Assembly: GCA_032718475.1 (NCBI GenBank)
Contig: JAUCBJ010007437.1
Coordinates: 1-38,259 of the forward strand
Source: Nemertoderma westbladi
Lineage: Eukaryota; Animalia; Xenacoelomorpha
DNA: 38,259 nt
Reading direction: 5' to 3'
In this document: positions 1 through 11,666 of the stretch, piece after piece
Layout: every line of letters begins with the position of its first letter
Position numbering within the stretch: the first letter of the stretch is position 1
The notes under the pieces: generated by a model
The model's input: only the letters and a program-made list of their open reading frames with translations
Database searches by the model: none
Told to the model about the DNA's origin: nothing
Translations under genes and position numbers: made by a program

Positions 1-232
1 GATAATAATGATGATAATGATAATGACCCACCATTGGCTGTTGCAGCTCATCTGCTGGGTCATGCCCTGTACCCTTGCTGCCAGGTGCAGGTCGCAGTGA
101 AGTGCTCTCAGAGTGGACATGAGAACACTCTACTCCTGACCAGCCATTGGTAGATCACCATCTGCCTGTTCAGGCCATATACCCCTGCAACCAAGAGGTG
201 GCAAGTTTTCTTGATCAATGACCTAGAATACC

Positions 233-1454
233 TGTACGCGCTTTTGAAGACCTTTAGCAGTTTAACCTGCCAAAATTTATATGTCTTTTGGTTTATAAAT
301 AGACTTTAGAAAATGACAAGTATTTAATACCAATAAACACAACATTAGCCGAAGCCAGCCTAGTGCGCGTCCATTCACCCGCTGGATATACCCGGGAGAC
401 TGGATTCGGAGGGCTTAGATTGTTATTGCAGTGTAAGCTTACTGTATTATTCGATTGATCGTTAATAAATAATTTCTGACTAATATTATTCACTTTCGGG
501 AAATATTAACAGTTCCTTTAGGACGTGGCGCTCTATCTAGGTAAACAGAGATATGACTTATACTAAACACAACGGTAAGTAGGTAAGGCTTATGATTCAC
601 GTATGAGGCGCATTCTTTAGGAAATGCTTAGTTATCAGCCACAATCATGCACACTACCGGTAACGCACAATACTGCACACTAATCTGCCGACCGTCAATG
701 AATTTTATCATACATAAAGAGAACAGCAATTGACTCATGTAGTGCCTATCAAATAGCATTAAACTCACTACAAACCACGATAATATAAGTCGCAATCGCT
801 AAATGTAACCTGTCTCTCTAACCTGTAGTGTATCAAGAAAATTGGGAAATTTGGGTTCTTTATAGATGTTCTCCAAATAATATTCAACCAACTGATACAA
901 AATAATAACAACAGTAAAAGCATTAAGACGGTAGGTTAAGATATGATATGACAATGTATGTGCCGATTGAGCCGATAACAGTTATACGCTCTATAATCTA
1001 AGCCTACTAATGTTTCTTCTAAAGTCTGAAACGAATTGACTCTAGAGCCGGTGTTCCTGGCCTAGATAGAAACAACACAACAGTAACAAGAACTCTCTGA
1101 CTCTAACACCGTTGCAGGTATCTTTTTACACAGAGAGGAATAGCTCTCATTGGCAGAACCCCAGATTCCACAGGTTCCACGAATATCTAAATGCCGAACT
1201 ATCAGGATTTTTGCAGCCCTTGGCCAACACACAAAATGAGTCACTCCGCTCGGTTGCCCTGGTTGCATACTCTGCTGCTATAGCTCTGGTTGGCCGATAG
1301 AACATAGCAAAGAGCCCCTCGTATAACAAATCAGCCAATCAGCCGGTCGCTTTGCATCATTCGCGTTAGAGAGCTTTTTAGAGTATTCCAGCGCCTGGGA
1401 GGGAACTGGATTGCAAAGCAAAAGGGCCAGTTACATCCCACAAAAGCTTTTACA
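233..1454 (-). repeat. 3' LTR of BEL copy 1
   Basis: Direct repeat of 11667-12888 (offset 11434); about 4 substitutions seen by eye; inverted match to 31658-32892. Confidence 0.96.
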
Positions 1455-1462
1455 CCGCTCCC
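1455..1462 (-). promoter_or_regulatory. Polypurine tract (plus-strand primer)
   Basis: GGGAGCGG directly precedes the TG of the 3' LTR on the minus strand; same motif at 31650-31657 in copy 2. Confidence 0.75.
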
Positions 1463-1532
1463 AGAAAATGGGATTTGAGTCTATAAAATATACAAAATCA
1501 CAGTTTCTAATATACGTAAATACTCTAAACAG

Positions 1533-3126
1533 TTAGTCTTTCTTGCGCGGACGGCGTTTACGCAGTTTTTTAAAGCTGGCCAGAGTCTTTTTCTCTTTGG
1601 GGGGAGCCACTTTACAAGGAGGGCTATAACTCCTGGGTGAAGGGTGCAATATGATTGCATCAGAGGGTGTAGGATTATGGTCGGTGTATCCGCCGGTCGA
1701 AGTGCCGGGTTGGTTGACATTAACGTCGGGGGAGAGGGGTCTAACGGCCTTTAGAGCGCGTTTTAGGACAGATGCTCTTACGGGTCCTTTACGAGTGGTC
1801 TGAACGAGAGCCGTGGGTGGACCATAGGCAGTCAGAAACTTCCTGGGTTTAATGGTTCTTTCCAACTCGCGTTCGCGGGCTCGGTATTCGTAAGGCCGTC
1901 GATATACTTCCTGTAACTCGGGGTGTGAGTTAACAAATAAGTCTGCATAGTCCGGATCTTGAAGGATAAAATTGATTAAGTTATAGGAATGAATGTCGCT
2001 AGGATTAACACTCCTGAGAAATTTGCGCACAAATTTGGTTGAAATACATTCTCCGACGCGCTTCAGTAGTTCGTAACTCGATATGCGTGATTTCTGTTCG
2101 ACAGAAGCGAATAGATAAGGATGGAACGCATAAACTCCTTCGTAAGCGCGTCCAGGATAATAGCGATGGCGCGAATCACAATGTAAATCAGCGTTCGCTT
2201 CCCAAGCTCTGATGTAATGTAGTGTAATCATTTCATCTACGCTTTCCAATCGTGATTAAAAGGGCAATCGAAACTGGCGTGTCCCTTTAGTTGACAATGG
2301 TGACATTGAGTCATAAATTGAGGGCAAACCGCAAAAAATGTGCAAGTTATTGAGTCTGCAATATGCACAATAAATTTCCATCGCCGGTTTTTCGTGGAAA
2401 TAGGAACAGCAGACGTTTGTGTCTATCAGTTTGTTGGTTGGGTCTAGGGCATTCGTCACAATAACACCAAAGACGTACGTCCTGTAGAGGAAACGCGGGT
2501 GATCGTTCTCCAGTTTTGCAATATTCTTCCATTTGTTCAAAACTATCCGGGATAACAGGTAGTGGACGATCGGCGGTAAGATACATCATAGTGAAATAGA
2601 GCTGTTTGAGTTCTACAATAGGGTCATGATGTATACCTTGAGGATATCGAGTCTCTAGGTTCTGCTGACTGGCGATGTTGAGATAAGTTTCTCTCAAAAA
2701 TTCCAGGTAGTCGTTGAAGTCGAGGCATTTATCCGGTTCTTCAACGTTTTCTCTTTCCAGTCTGTTACGAATAGAATTTTCGTGATCTATTCTCGGTTTA
2801 TCGTTACGACTCCGCTGGGTATGATATTTAAATATAACCATTTCCCTTTCGGTGTCTACATCGTCCGTATCATGTAAATCGATAGGATGGCCGGTAGTTA
2901 AGAAGTCCATATACGTACCATTACGATTCGTATAGCGAGCGGTGAATTTTCGATAGTCCAATTCACGCGTAAGTTGCTCTTGGGACATCGGCGGTTCGAT
3001 ATAACGACCATCGTCCTCCGTAATGGTTGGATCGGCTTCACCGCGTATTAAGCTATCCACAAATGCTTGTAAAGGTAGAGTATATCGCTCCCTAATACCA
3101 AGATCATCTTCTATCAACTCTGTCAT
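1533..3126 (-). pseudogene. Accessory 3' gene of the BEL element (multi-CCHC zinc-knuckle protein with basic C-terminal tail), copy 1, two frameshifts
   Basis: ORFs 2347-3126, 2256-2540 and 1533-2249 join into one protein when aligned with copy 2 (30132-31579); motifs CAYCRLNNLHIFAVC, CHHCQLKGHASFDC and C-terminal KKLRKRRPRKKD. Confidence 0.8.
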
Positions 3127-3950
3127 ATCTGCTATCTGAGTTTATTAATATCAAAATGAGTTTATGTTTAGGCTAGCGGGCGTCGCTGCCTACCTCTCGT
3201 TGCACCCGGACAGTGGGATTCTCAGCGCCGATGTACCGTCGTCGCGGTGTTTACGCCAACATGTAGCAACAGCACGACAACTATAACCGGCATAAGTCAC
3301 TCCACTGTCCGTCCCAAAGGCTTGGATCCACTTTAGGTTCTTTCTATAGGAGAGTTGGGTTACTTTCACAATTGCGACTAGCTACTGTAAACATACTTTA
3401 GCAGTAACATTCACCTATAAACGCACAAATTCCACACAACTGTCACCAATTGTACACATACAGGCCATTTGTCCATTAGTCAGTGCCTTCCAGAATGTCA
3501 CGTTATTACTGTGTATCCTTGGATACTATGTGTGCTATGTATTCTCTATGCTATGCAATGGGACAAGCTTTCTATTGTTCTTTTAACTTGCTTCTAATTC
3601 TAGCGTGGGTGTTGCTATGGTGACATTATGGAAAGCTAGCGGTAGAATTAGGGTAATTCTCATGCATACAGATCTGGAATGCTATTTAATAGTAATTCTT
3701 TAATTGTCAATATCCTCTTTATACATGATTTTATTAATTTTATCGGCTATTGACTATATGTTGGAGATTCTCGCACTCTAATACACTCAATAGGATGAAT
3801 CTCCGCTCCCATGATCTATTAATTAATGGAATTTTGGGAATGTTATAAATTGCACAAAATGACAATTTATGAAATTTATTTAAAATATGAATTTAAATTT
3901 ATTCCCGTGAATTTTATTATTTGATGTTAAAATTGACACAATTTTTATTT

Positions 3951-4206
3951 CAGAGCATGTCTGGGGACTGAGGATCCTTAATTCTATAAAATTGTCTTTT
4001 AAGAGTATCGGTAAATGCTGCGATATCTTAATGGACTAGAAATTTTAAAGGATCTGAATTTTACAGATTTTAATAAATATTAAATTAATATTTAAGATGG
4101 GCACCGATTTATTCCAGAACTTGTCTGGGGACGTTAACCACTGATTCTAGAATTTGTCTTTCAAGTATATCGGTGGGTGCCGCGATATCTTAATCGACTA
4201 GAATTA
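3951..4206. repeat. Diverged tandem duplication (about 164-bp period) in the non-coding spacer between pol remnant and accessory gene
   Basis: cagagcatgtctggggac...gcgatatcttaatggactagaa (from 3951) recurs as cagaacttgtctggggac...gcgatatcttaatcgactagaa (from 4115); also in copy 2 at about 29050-29310. Confidence 0.75.
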
Positions 4207-4753
4207 CAGATGAGTCAAAAGGTTTAACAGATTTATTTGCGTTTTACGCTACTGTTATAGGGACATCACGCTACTATATGTATTATTATATATGGTATGA
4301 GAGCAATATCGCACGAAGCAATGTCAGTGTGAAGAGGCAAGTCGTTTCCAAGGTCTACCCAGAGCTTGGTTTAGCCGAGACACGAGGATCTGAACTTTGC
4401 ATTCCTAATACTCTGCCTACCAATAATACTTGAATATAGTAGTGGCTTTATTGTACTTTAATAAGTACGGACATTTCATCTTACTGTAGTCACGTATTTA
4501 TAATATGATACGGACAGTAAGGAAAGAGAAAAATAATTATTTCTCGCCGTCGCACTAAATATATATTATAAGTAATTACGTACGTAATAAACACTAATAT
4601 ATTGCACTAATCTACTAAATAATCACTAAAATAACATTCTACTAAATAAAATTAAAGAAAACGATTATAATAAAATTACATAATAATACATACATAAATA
4701 TAAAATACAAACAAATATAAAATGATATAGTCACACGCCCACTCCATATGTTA

Positions 4754-7700
4754 TTAAGTTATGGAGTCCCTAGATATTTGTCGGATTAGGGAAGTGGTCG
4801 TAGGAAGAGTATCTTGCCTTCCATAGTTTCCGGACAGTTTTCGGTCTCTTTCCAGTAAACATAAACGATCAGCTGGGCGATTGAGTTGTTGTGTTACTTT
4901 CTCCGCTCCCTTGGCCTGTCTAATCTCCGCCGTTGTAAGATGAGGAGGCCATTCTTCTTCTTCTTTACTTAAGAAGTCGGATCCACCTAACCAGCCTGGA
5001 GTATCTATCAGTTCTTGAGGAGTTGCTCCTCTGGAAGCGATGTCGGCTGGATTAATCGTCCCAAGGCAATGTCTCCATTGATCTACATTGGAGTTAATAT
5101 CGTCATTATCTGAGGAGTATGGTGTTCCCTCAGTTGGATCGTCCACATCACTGCTCTCCACTTCCCATTCCTTTACTTGGTATACCTGTTGTTGAGGTAA
5201 TCTCTCTTTGAGAGTTCTACGGGAAGGGCCAGTGAAGTACCAACCTACTCTAGTTCTTACCGCATAGGTTTGTAGTGGCTGCGGTTGAGCAGGCCGTTTC
5301 TCCAATGTCTCGAGCGCCTCATGCGCGTTTTGGCCGATGAGTATTTGCACTCCAGGATAATCTGTCTGGAATCGAGGTATCTTAAGATGTTGGATGCTCT
5401 CATCCTCATCCCAATTATAAAGGTCTGCTTGGGTAGTAGCGAAGTTCTTTATAGCCACCATTTTTACCGACCTTATACCTTGTGCTCCTAATTTATCCTG
5501 GGGGGTGGACAACACACCTACATAGTAATCTGCCGTTAGGGTAGATTTCCAAACCTGCATAATTCCTAACATATTCAATTTAGTCCGGAATTTGGGTTGT
5601 CCAGCAAAGATATCTTCGGCTAGTTCTTGATCGATGAATGTTCCTGTGCTGCCGGAGTCAAGGAGGGCGTTCACTATGTAACTTTTGTTTGGACCGTGAA
5701 CTCTTACCTGCACTACAGGAAATTCTCTGATTCCTACGTTGGAAGTTGGAGCTTTCCAAGATGGTTGTCTGGCAAAAGTAGTTGGGGGGAACTCATTGTC
5801 GGTGTCCTTTTCATAAGTAAGTGCTCGATACACTGAGGTATTTATTAGGTAACAGGATTCGTTGGCGTCAGAGAATTCGTCAGTATAGAATCCTTCCATC
5901 TCAGACTCTTGATCAGTGTCATTTACATCACTGAATTGGACATGTAGTTCGGGCTCACTTACCTGACTCGGGTTGTCTCGTTCGAACTCACTGTGTAACA
6001 AGATGTGATGTTTCGCGCCACACTTTGCACACTTTACGTCGGAGTAACAGGTTCGCCGTTGGTGTCCTTGTCTGAGGCAATTATAGCATAACCGCTTATC
6101 CCACATGACTTCACGTCTGTCTACCAGGGATTTCTTTAGGAATTCAGCACACACACTCAAACGGTGGGGCCCGTCGCACAGCGCACATTTTGGTTTGATG
6201 TTACTCACTTTACCTTGGGTAACGTTATGCACTCTCGTTCTTTCTTCGGGATTTCTTCCGTGAATTCTCTTAGGAGACGTAGGAGGAGTTGTTGTTACCT
6301 GTTCTCTCCTGTCACTGGTTCGAGACTTATATTTACTTACGTCTTTATAGGTCTTGTTGTCATAGTAAGATTTTGCTGTGTCTTTCCCGCTGTCCTCTTC
6401 TTGAGAAGCTTGGCTTTCGCCGTCGTCAGTATAACACACTGGTATTATCCTTCTCCTAGAAACGGGTTTCTCACTTACCTTATTTTCCGATGTTTTCTCT
6501 CTGGACTGCTTTATGAGTTGTAATTTTACTTCACTATCTAAGAAGGACATGAGATCAGCCATGGTAGGGCTTCGTCGTTGCTGCTCATTCATGTACAACA
6601 CTTTCTTGTCCCAGCGTGTACATACTCCACCCTTTGGTAAAGTAGAGACTACGGCTCCAATAACCATGGAACTCTGATATTCATGAGACTTACCTAACCA
6701 GTCCAATTGTCTACAGATCTCCTGAATCTCATCGGAAAACTCTATAATCCCGCTACTAGGAAAGTTTCGGGGGGCTACTAATTTTGCATACAAATACTTA
6801 TCTATGTTATCCTTGTTACCATACCTGATGTTTAATGTATCCCAAACTTGTCTTAATCCATCTGGATGTCCAATAAACTTTAACGCCATTAACTTGGGAG
6901 GTCCTTCCAAGCACTTGATGAGGAATCTAAGTTTCTCTCCATTAGATAGTACAGAGTTCTGTATGCTATCTTTGTAATATTCATTGAAAGGTAACCATTT
7001 CATCTCATCTCCATTGAATTTGACGATCTCTCCCACTTTGACCACTTGGCGGGCTTCTGTTCTAGCCATCTGATGCGTAAAGCTTTCTTGGGCCATCGTG
7101 TTATTTAATATCGAATTATCGGTATATGAATTTCTCGGATTATTATCAGGTCTATAGGGAATATCATTAACAACAGGTTTATAATCACCCTTAACCCTAT
7201 CCATACCGGGGGGGGGGGGACTTTTGGAGACGCACTTTATTTGATTGCTTGGTTCAAAGCCAAACCACATTTATTGCAAGTGAAATTCCGTTACTTTTCC
7301 TAAAATTTATTATTCTTTATCTTAAAACAAAAATTAATTTTAATATTATTATTTATGACCATGAAAATGACTCGTAAACTGATCTGTCTCTGAAACTGTC
7401 ATATTATTGCTGAACTATTATAGGAGGGAAATTTAAAATTCAATCAATTTAATATCAATTTAAAATCAATTTAAACATAATTATAGTATATAAATATTAT
7501 ATTTGAGCATTAGTGTGTGGCATATTTGGATAGAGGAATAAATTTTGTATCTAAAACTTTTTACTTTAAAGTAATATCATCACACCACACAAAGTTATAT
7601 GCTTCCAAACTTTACGTCCCCAAAAGTCCCCCCCCCCCCCGGTAGTTTGAGCGTCTAAAATACCCCGGTATGGATAGGGTTAATAGGGTTTGCTATAGGA

Positions 7701-9325
7701 GTTTCTACTTCACTAGCAGTATAGATGCGTGTAGGCTCCACACCTTGCGCATGTAATACTTCAGACCTAACAGGTTGACACAATGTTACTGGGGGTATTG
7801 GTATACCCTTTTGTATATTGACTAATTTGTCACGTTCTAGCGCGATGCTTTGCTGCACTTCTTGCAATTCTGCCCTACTTTCCCTTACTGTTCCCTTAAG
7901 TTGGTAGACAGTCTCCTGCATCTGTCCGAGCAGGAGATTCATCCCCCGCCGTCCCTCCTCTACCCACTCGACCGCCGAAGCGGGAGTTGCCAACATTGTA
8001 GCGGGCTGACGTGGGACGACGGGAGACAAATCTTTGATTTCTCTCTCAGCTTCCAGGACAGGGATATTCTCATGGACTGTTCTACCGGGTACAGGCAGTG
8101 TAGTACTGTGTAAAGGGAATTTAGAGTTAAGCTCTGGAAGTACAGGGGTCTCTAGCACAGGAGTGGCTTTGGGAACGACAGGCCTAATTATTTCAGGCTC
8201 ATCAACTATTGTAGGGAGTCTTTTGACCTGAATAATTTGTTCTGTGGGTTCTGTACTACCTAAGTCTGTGCTAGCTAGTTGTCTTCTAACCGCTGGGGGC
8301 AAATCAGGCAATTTGTGACGGTGAGATGTTTTTCTACGCCTGCTTAGACGAGATCTATTTCCTCCGCCTTCAGGATCGGTGGTCTCGCCTTCCTCCGATG
8401 ATGTGTATCCTTGGCGCTTGGGAGTAGATCGACTCCTCATCTGCATTTGACTAGCAGTTAACTGTTTATTTATGCAGTCTTGCGTCTCTTGAAGATTTTC
8501 CAACTCCAGTTGTGTGGTCTCTTCAGACGCTCTCTGTTCTGCTTCTGCCAATGCCATTGCTGCTGCTGCTTTGGCTGCTTCCACTGCCGCTGCCGCTTTT
8601 GCCACTTCCACTGCTAATGCCTTTCTGTCCTCTATCGCTTTTTTCTTTACTTGTTCTTCTTGGACTCTAACGAGGCGGAGTTTTTCATCAAATTTAGCTT
8701 GGTTTGCAGCTAACATTTCCGCATCGATTGCGTCCAACACAAGCTTGGTTCCTTCACTATTAGGGCGAAGTCCAGACAGTCATCTCCTCAACTCTTCGTC
8801 TCCTATGAATCGCTGATAGTCTGACAGATAGATGTCAATGGCGTCTCTAGTTCGCGGCTTCTCTGCTGCTGTTAATTCGCTTTCCACTTCGCTTTCCACC
8901 TCGCTTTCCACTTGAGAAGAAGTGGCGTCGGTTGATTCTTCATAGGTTGGCCGCTCATCATAAACCGTATCCGCCATCTTCGCTCCGCGTTCGGGCGTCC
9001 GCTCAACAGTATCCGAACTACTGGAGCTATCGGGCCGCTGAGAACTAGGTTCTTGGCTAGGAGGTTGCTGCTGTTTTATAGCTTCTTCTTGATCCCGCTT
9101 GACTTGGGCCCGAGTACCTATGGCAGACCAACGGCGCTTCACTAACTTCGCAAATTGCGAAATCTTTTCTACCAACCTAGGTTCTGACACAACCACTGCA
9201 GGGGTTGCCCTTCTTACAGTATGAGGGGTTTCAGACCTCGGTCTGGGATTCTCTACACTTTGATCTGAGAAACAGGCTGTTGTTTCTAGGAGACTATCTG
9301 ACAGAGTTTGCCTTGTGTCAGCCAT
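4754..9325 (-). pseudogene. gag: BEL/Pao Gag-protease polyprotein with deleted pol, copy 1; interrupted by one in-frame TGA (8780-8782) and a MITE
   Basis: ORFs 8780-9325, 7655-8740 and 4754-7270 form one frame (1361 codons) once the MITE and one TTAA are removed. DUF1759-type capsid (KFNGDEMKW...EKLRFL...L..RYG), three knuckles (CALCDGPHRLSVC, CYNCLRQGHQRRTC, CAKCGAKHHILLH), protease ALLDSGS/ILIG, RNase H tail WRHCLGTINPADIASRG, pol C-terminus RPADRLCLLE. Confidence 0.92.
7195..7679. mobile_element. piggyBac-type MITE (485 bp) inserted in gag
   Basis: TIR CCCTATCCATACCGGGG at both ends; TTAA duplicated at 7191-7194 and 7680-7683; asymmetric subterminal inverted repeat (accg-polyG-acttttgg / ccaaaagt-polyC-ggt); absent from copy 2. 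Confidence 0.93.
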
Positions 9326-9460
9326 GTTTGATTGTACAGTTGAATGCCTACTGCTATATTACAGTTAAAGCAAGTCTAGTAATTCAGTATCACTGTTAGC
9401 CTAATAATTAATTACCGATACTGCTACTCAGTGTAGCGTGATATATATATAATATATTAG

Positions 9461-9712
9461 AATACCGGTATGCTTATAGTATATATATAAGTATTATTAC
9501 AGACTAGATTTGTCACAGAGTACCGGTATATAATTTTAGCACAAATATATATAAATATATAATAGGCCTATCGTGAATACCGGTATACAGCTGACACTTA
9601 TAGTATATATAAGTATAATTATTACAGACTAGAATTAATTACAGAATACCGGTATGATTTCAGCCTAAATTTATAGAATAAATATAATAAGCCTATTGTA
9701 AATACCGGTATG
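9461..9712. repeat. Diverged tandem duplication (about 115-125-bp unit) with periodic TACCGGTA just upstream of the gag ATG
   Basis: aataccggtat...ttatagtatatataagta...ttattacagactaga...taccggtat...gcctat occurs twice; conserved in copy 2 at about 25262-25515. Confidence 0.7.
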
Positions 9713-10701
9713 TCAATTATTTTAAAATAATTGAATTTCTGAATGTTAGGGGTTACTTGGTTACTTTACTTACTTTATTACCGTTATTTGAGCAGCAGTC
9801 CAACTGATATTAAGACCTAAGTGTTGTATAACAGGCCTACTATTTTATTAATAGATTTAGTGGATTTATATGTATATACCCGTATGAGGGGTTTTGTTAC
9901 AATATTGAAATAGATGTTATTATTTCTGGGAAGTAATCACTACACAAAAGCTGTGCGCTCTCAGTGAAGTGCTACTTATTGGACACTAAAACAGATAATT
10001 CTAATTTACCTAAGTTACTTATCTACGAATTACTTACGATACGGGTGAGATTAAATCTCTAAATAAACACAACAAAAATATTACGTACGAAATTTTAGGG
10101 TAATTTTACAGGAAGTCTACAAACCAGCCTAACAAAGGGTTAGAATTCTGGTTATTACAACGGACAGGATACTACGGTATTTGAAAATAATAAGTAGTAG
10201 TAAATACACTGTGTTGTCCAGATAGGAAAAATACCACCGTCTGACGACCTATAGCCGTATCGCTATAGGTACTACGTTATGTATCACGGAGTGTCCCTAC
10301 CTAGAAGTTAATTACCGCGGTCTACCAGAACCAACGTGCCTATTAACCACTTTACAACACAAATATACTGCCTACACACTAATTACCTTCGGAAAGCACT
10401 GTACACTAAACCCTAAATTAGGTACAAGTACTGGTACAACAAATAATCAGTAGTTAAAAATACTTGAACAGCTAAAAGAACCACGGCATCTGCTGGAGTG
10501 ACCGGTGCACAAGATCACCAGTCTTTACCTACGCCAAGCAGCCCGTGTAGTACCGGGGTTAATTTAACTATAACGGTATGTATAACAAGCACAATTACTG
10601 TAGGAATAAACTTAGGGACATGAATGTTGCGAATAATCGCATAAACTCTGAATAATAAATATTACGCTACCCGTACAGAATACTCAAACAAAATACAAAC
10701 C

Positions 10702-11230
10702 AAACGCTGGCAGACTACCACCAAGCCTAAATAAACTACAGTATGTGCAGATTCCAAAATGGTTAGTTAGTATGCGTTCTAACACGGTAGTACGACTTAT
10801 TCTTTAAGAGGGGATTGACCTTACAGCTCTGGCTGCCCCAACTTACTAACTGGCACTTTATCAGACAAACTCTACACACGCAGCAATCTCTTCAGACCTA
10901 ATAATAGCTAGACAACAATCCAGCCTACAAAATATCTGAGTAATAACTATTACGGTACCTGAACAGACCACACAAACAAACACAGGCTAAAACGCTGGCA
11001 GACTACTATCAAGCCTAAATAAACTACAGTATGTGCAGATTCCAAAATGGTTAGTTAGTATGCGTTCTAACACGGTAGTACGACTTATTCTTTAAGAGGG
11101 GATTGACCTTACAGCTCTGGCTGCCCCAACTTACTAACTGGCACTTTATCGGACAAACTCCACACACGCCGCAATCTCTCCAGACCCAACAACAGTCAGA
11201 CAACAGTCCAGCCTACAATTATCTGAACAA
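10702..11230. repeat. Tandem duplication (288-bp period) in the BEL 5' leader
   Basis: aaacgctggcagactac...ccagcctacaa starts at 10702 and again at 10990, with a near-identical core. Confidence 0.88.
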
Positions 11231-11414
11231 TCTGAGCAGACTTACACGTCTTCAGCTCAATATTAACTTACATGTAAATAAAACCGACAGAAATAAGTAA
11301 AATCTCAATAAAAAACCAGGGCTGCAGTCCCTGATTAAATACTAAGACCTACCGGTATACAATAATCAAAATCGAATAATACTAATGTACTTATACTGGA
11401 AGTACCGGTTAGGA

Positions 11415-11604
11415 CAGTTGGGCCTACAGACCTACAGCAGTACCGGTTCAGGCAGTTAGGCCTACGGACCTACAGCAGTACCGGTTCTGGCAGTTGGGCC
11501 TACGGACCTACAGCAGTACCGGTTCTGGCAGTTGGGCCTACGGACCTACAGCAGTACCGATTCTGGCAGTTGGGCCTACGGACCTACAGCAGTACCGGTT
11601 CAGG
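11415..11604. repeat. 38-bp minisatellite, 5 copies, just inside the 5' LTR
   Basis: Unit cagttgggcctacggacctacagcagtaccggttctgg repeated head to tail without spacers. Confidence 0.95.
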
Positions 11605-11666
11605 TTTACCGGTCGACCGGTACTTTCAACTTTATTGCTTACTGCAATAAAGACAATAACTGTTAT

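Noticed and set aside
1-232. GC-richer stretch after a (GAT/AAT)n tract, possibly an exon or LINE tail
   Set aside because: No recognisable protein motif in the frames inspected and truncated by the window edge
293-1338. Short 60-70-aa ORFs repeated in all three LTRs
   Set aside because: They recur only because the LTRs are near-identical; no motifs, mostly non-ATG starts, and one is frameshifted in copy 2
1533-3126. 3' ORF as an envelope glycoprotein
   Set aside because: No signal peptide, fusion peptide or transmembrane helix; it has zinc knuckles and a basic tail instead
5285-8816. Antisense ORFs over gag (and similar ones over TMX1 and the transposase)
   Set aside because: Shadow ORFs of real coding sequence with no independent motifs
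11415-11604. 38-bp repeat array as a CRISPR array
   Set aside because: Units are head to tail with no unique spacers, no cas genes are present, and the context is a eukaryotic retroelement
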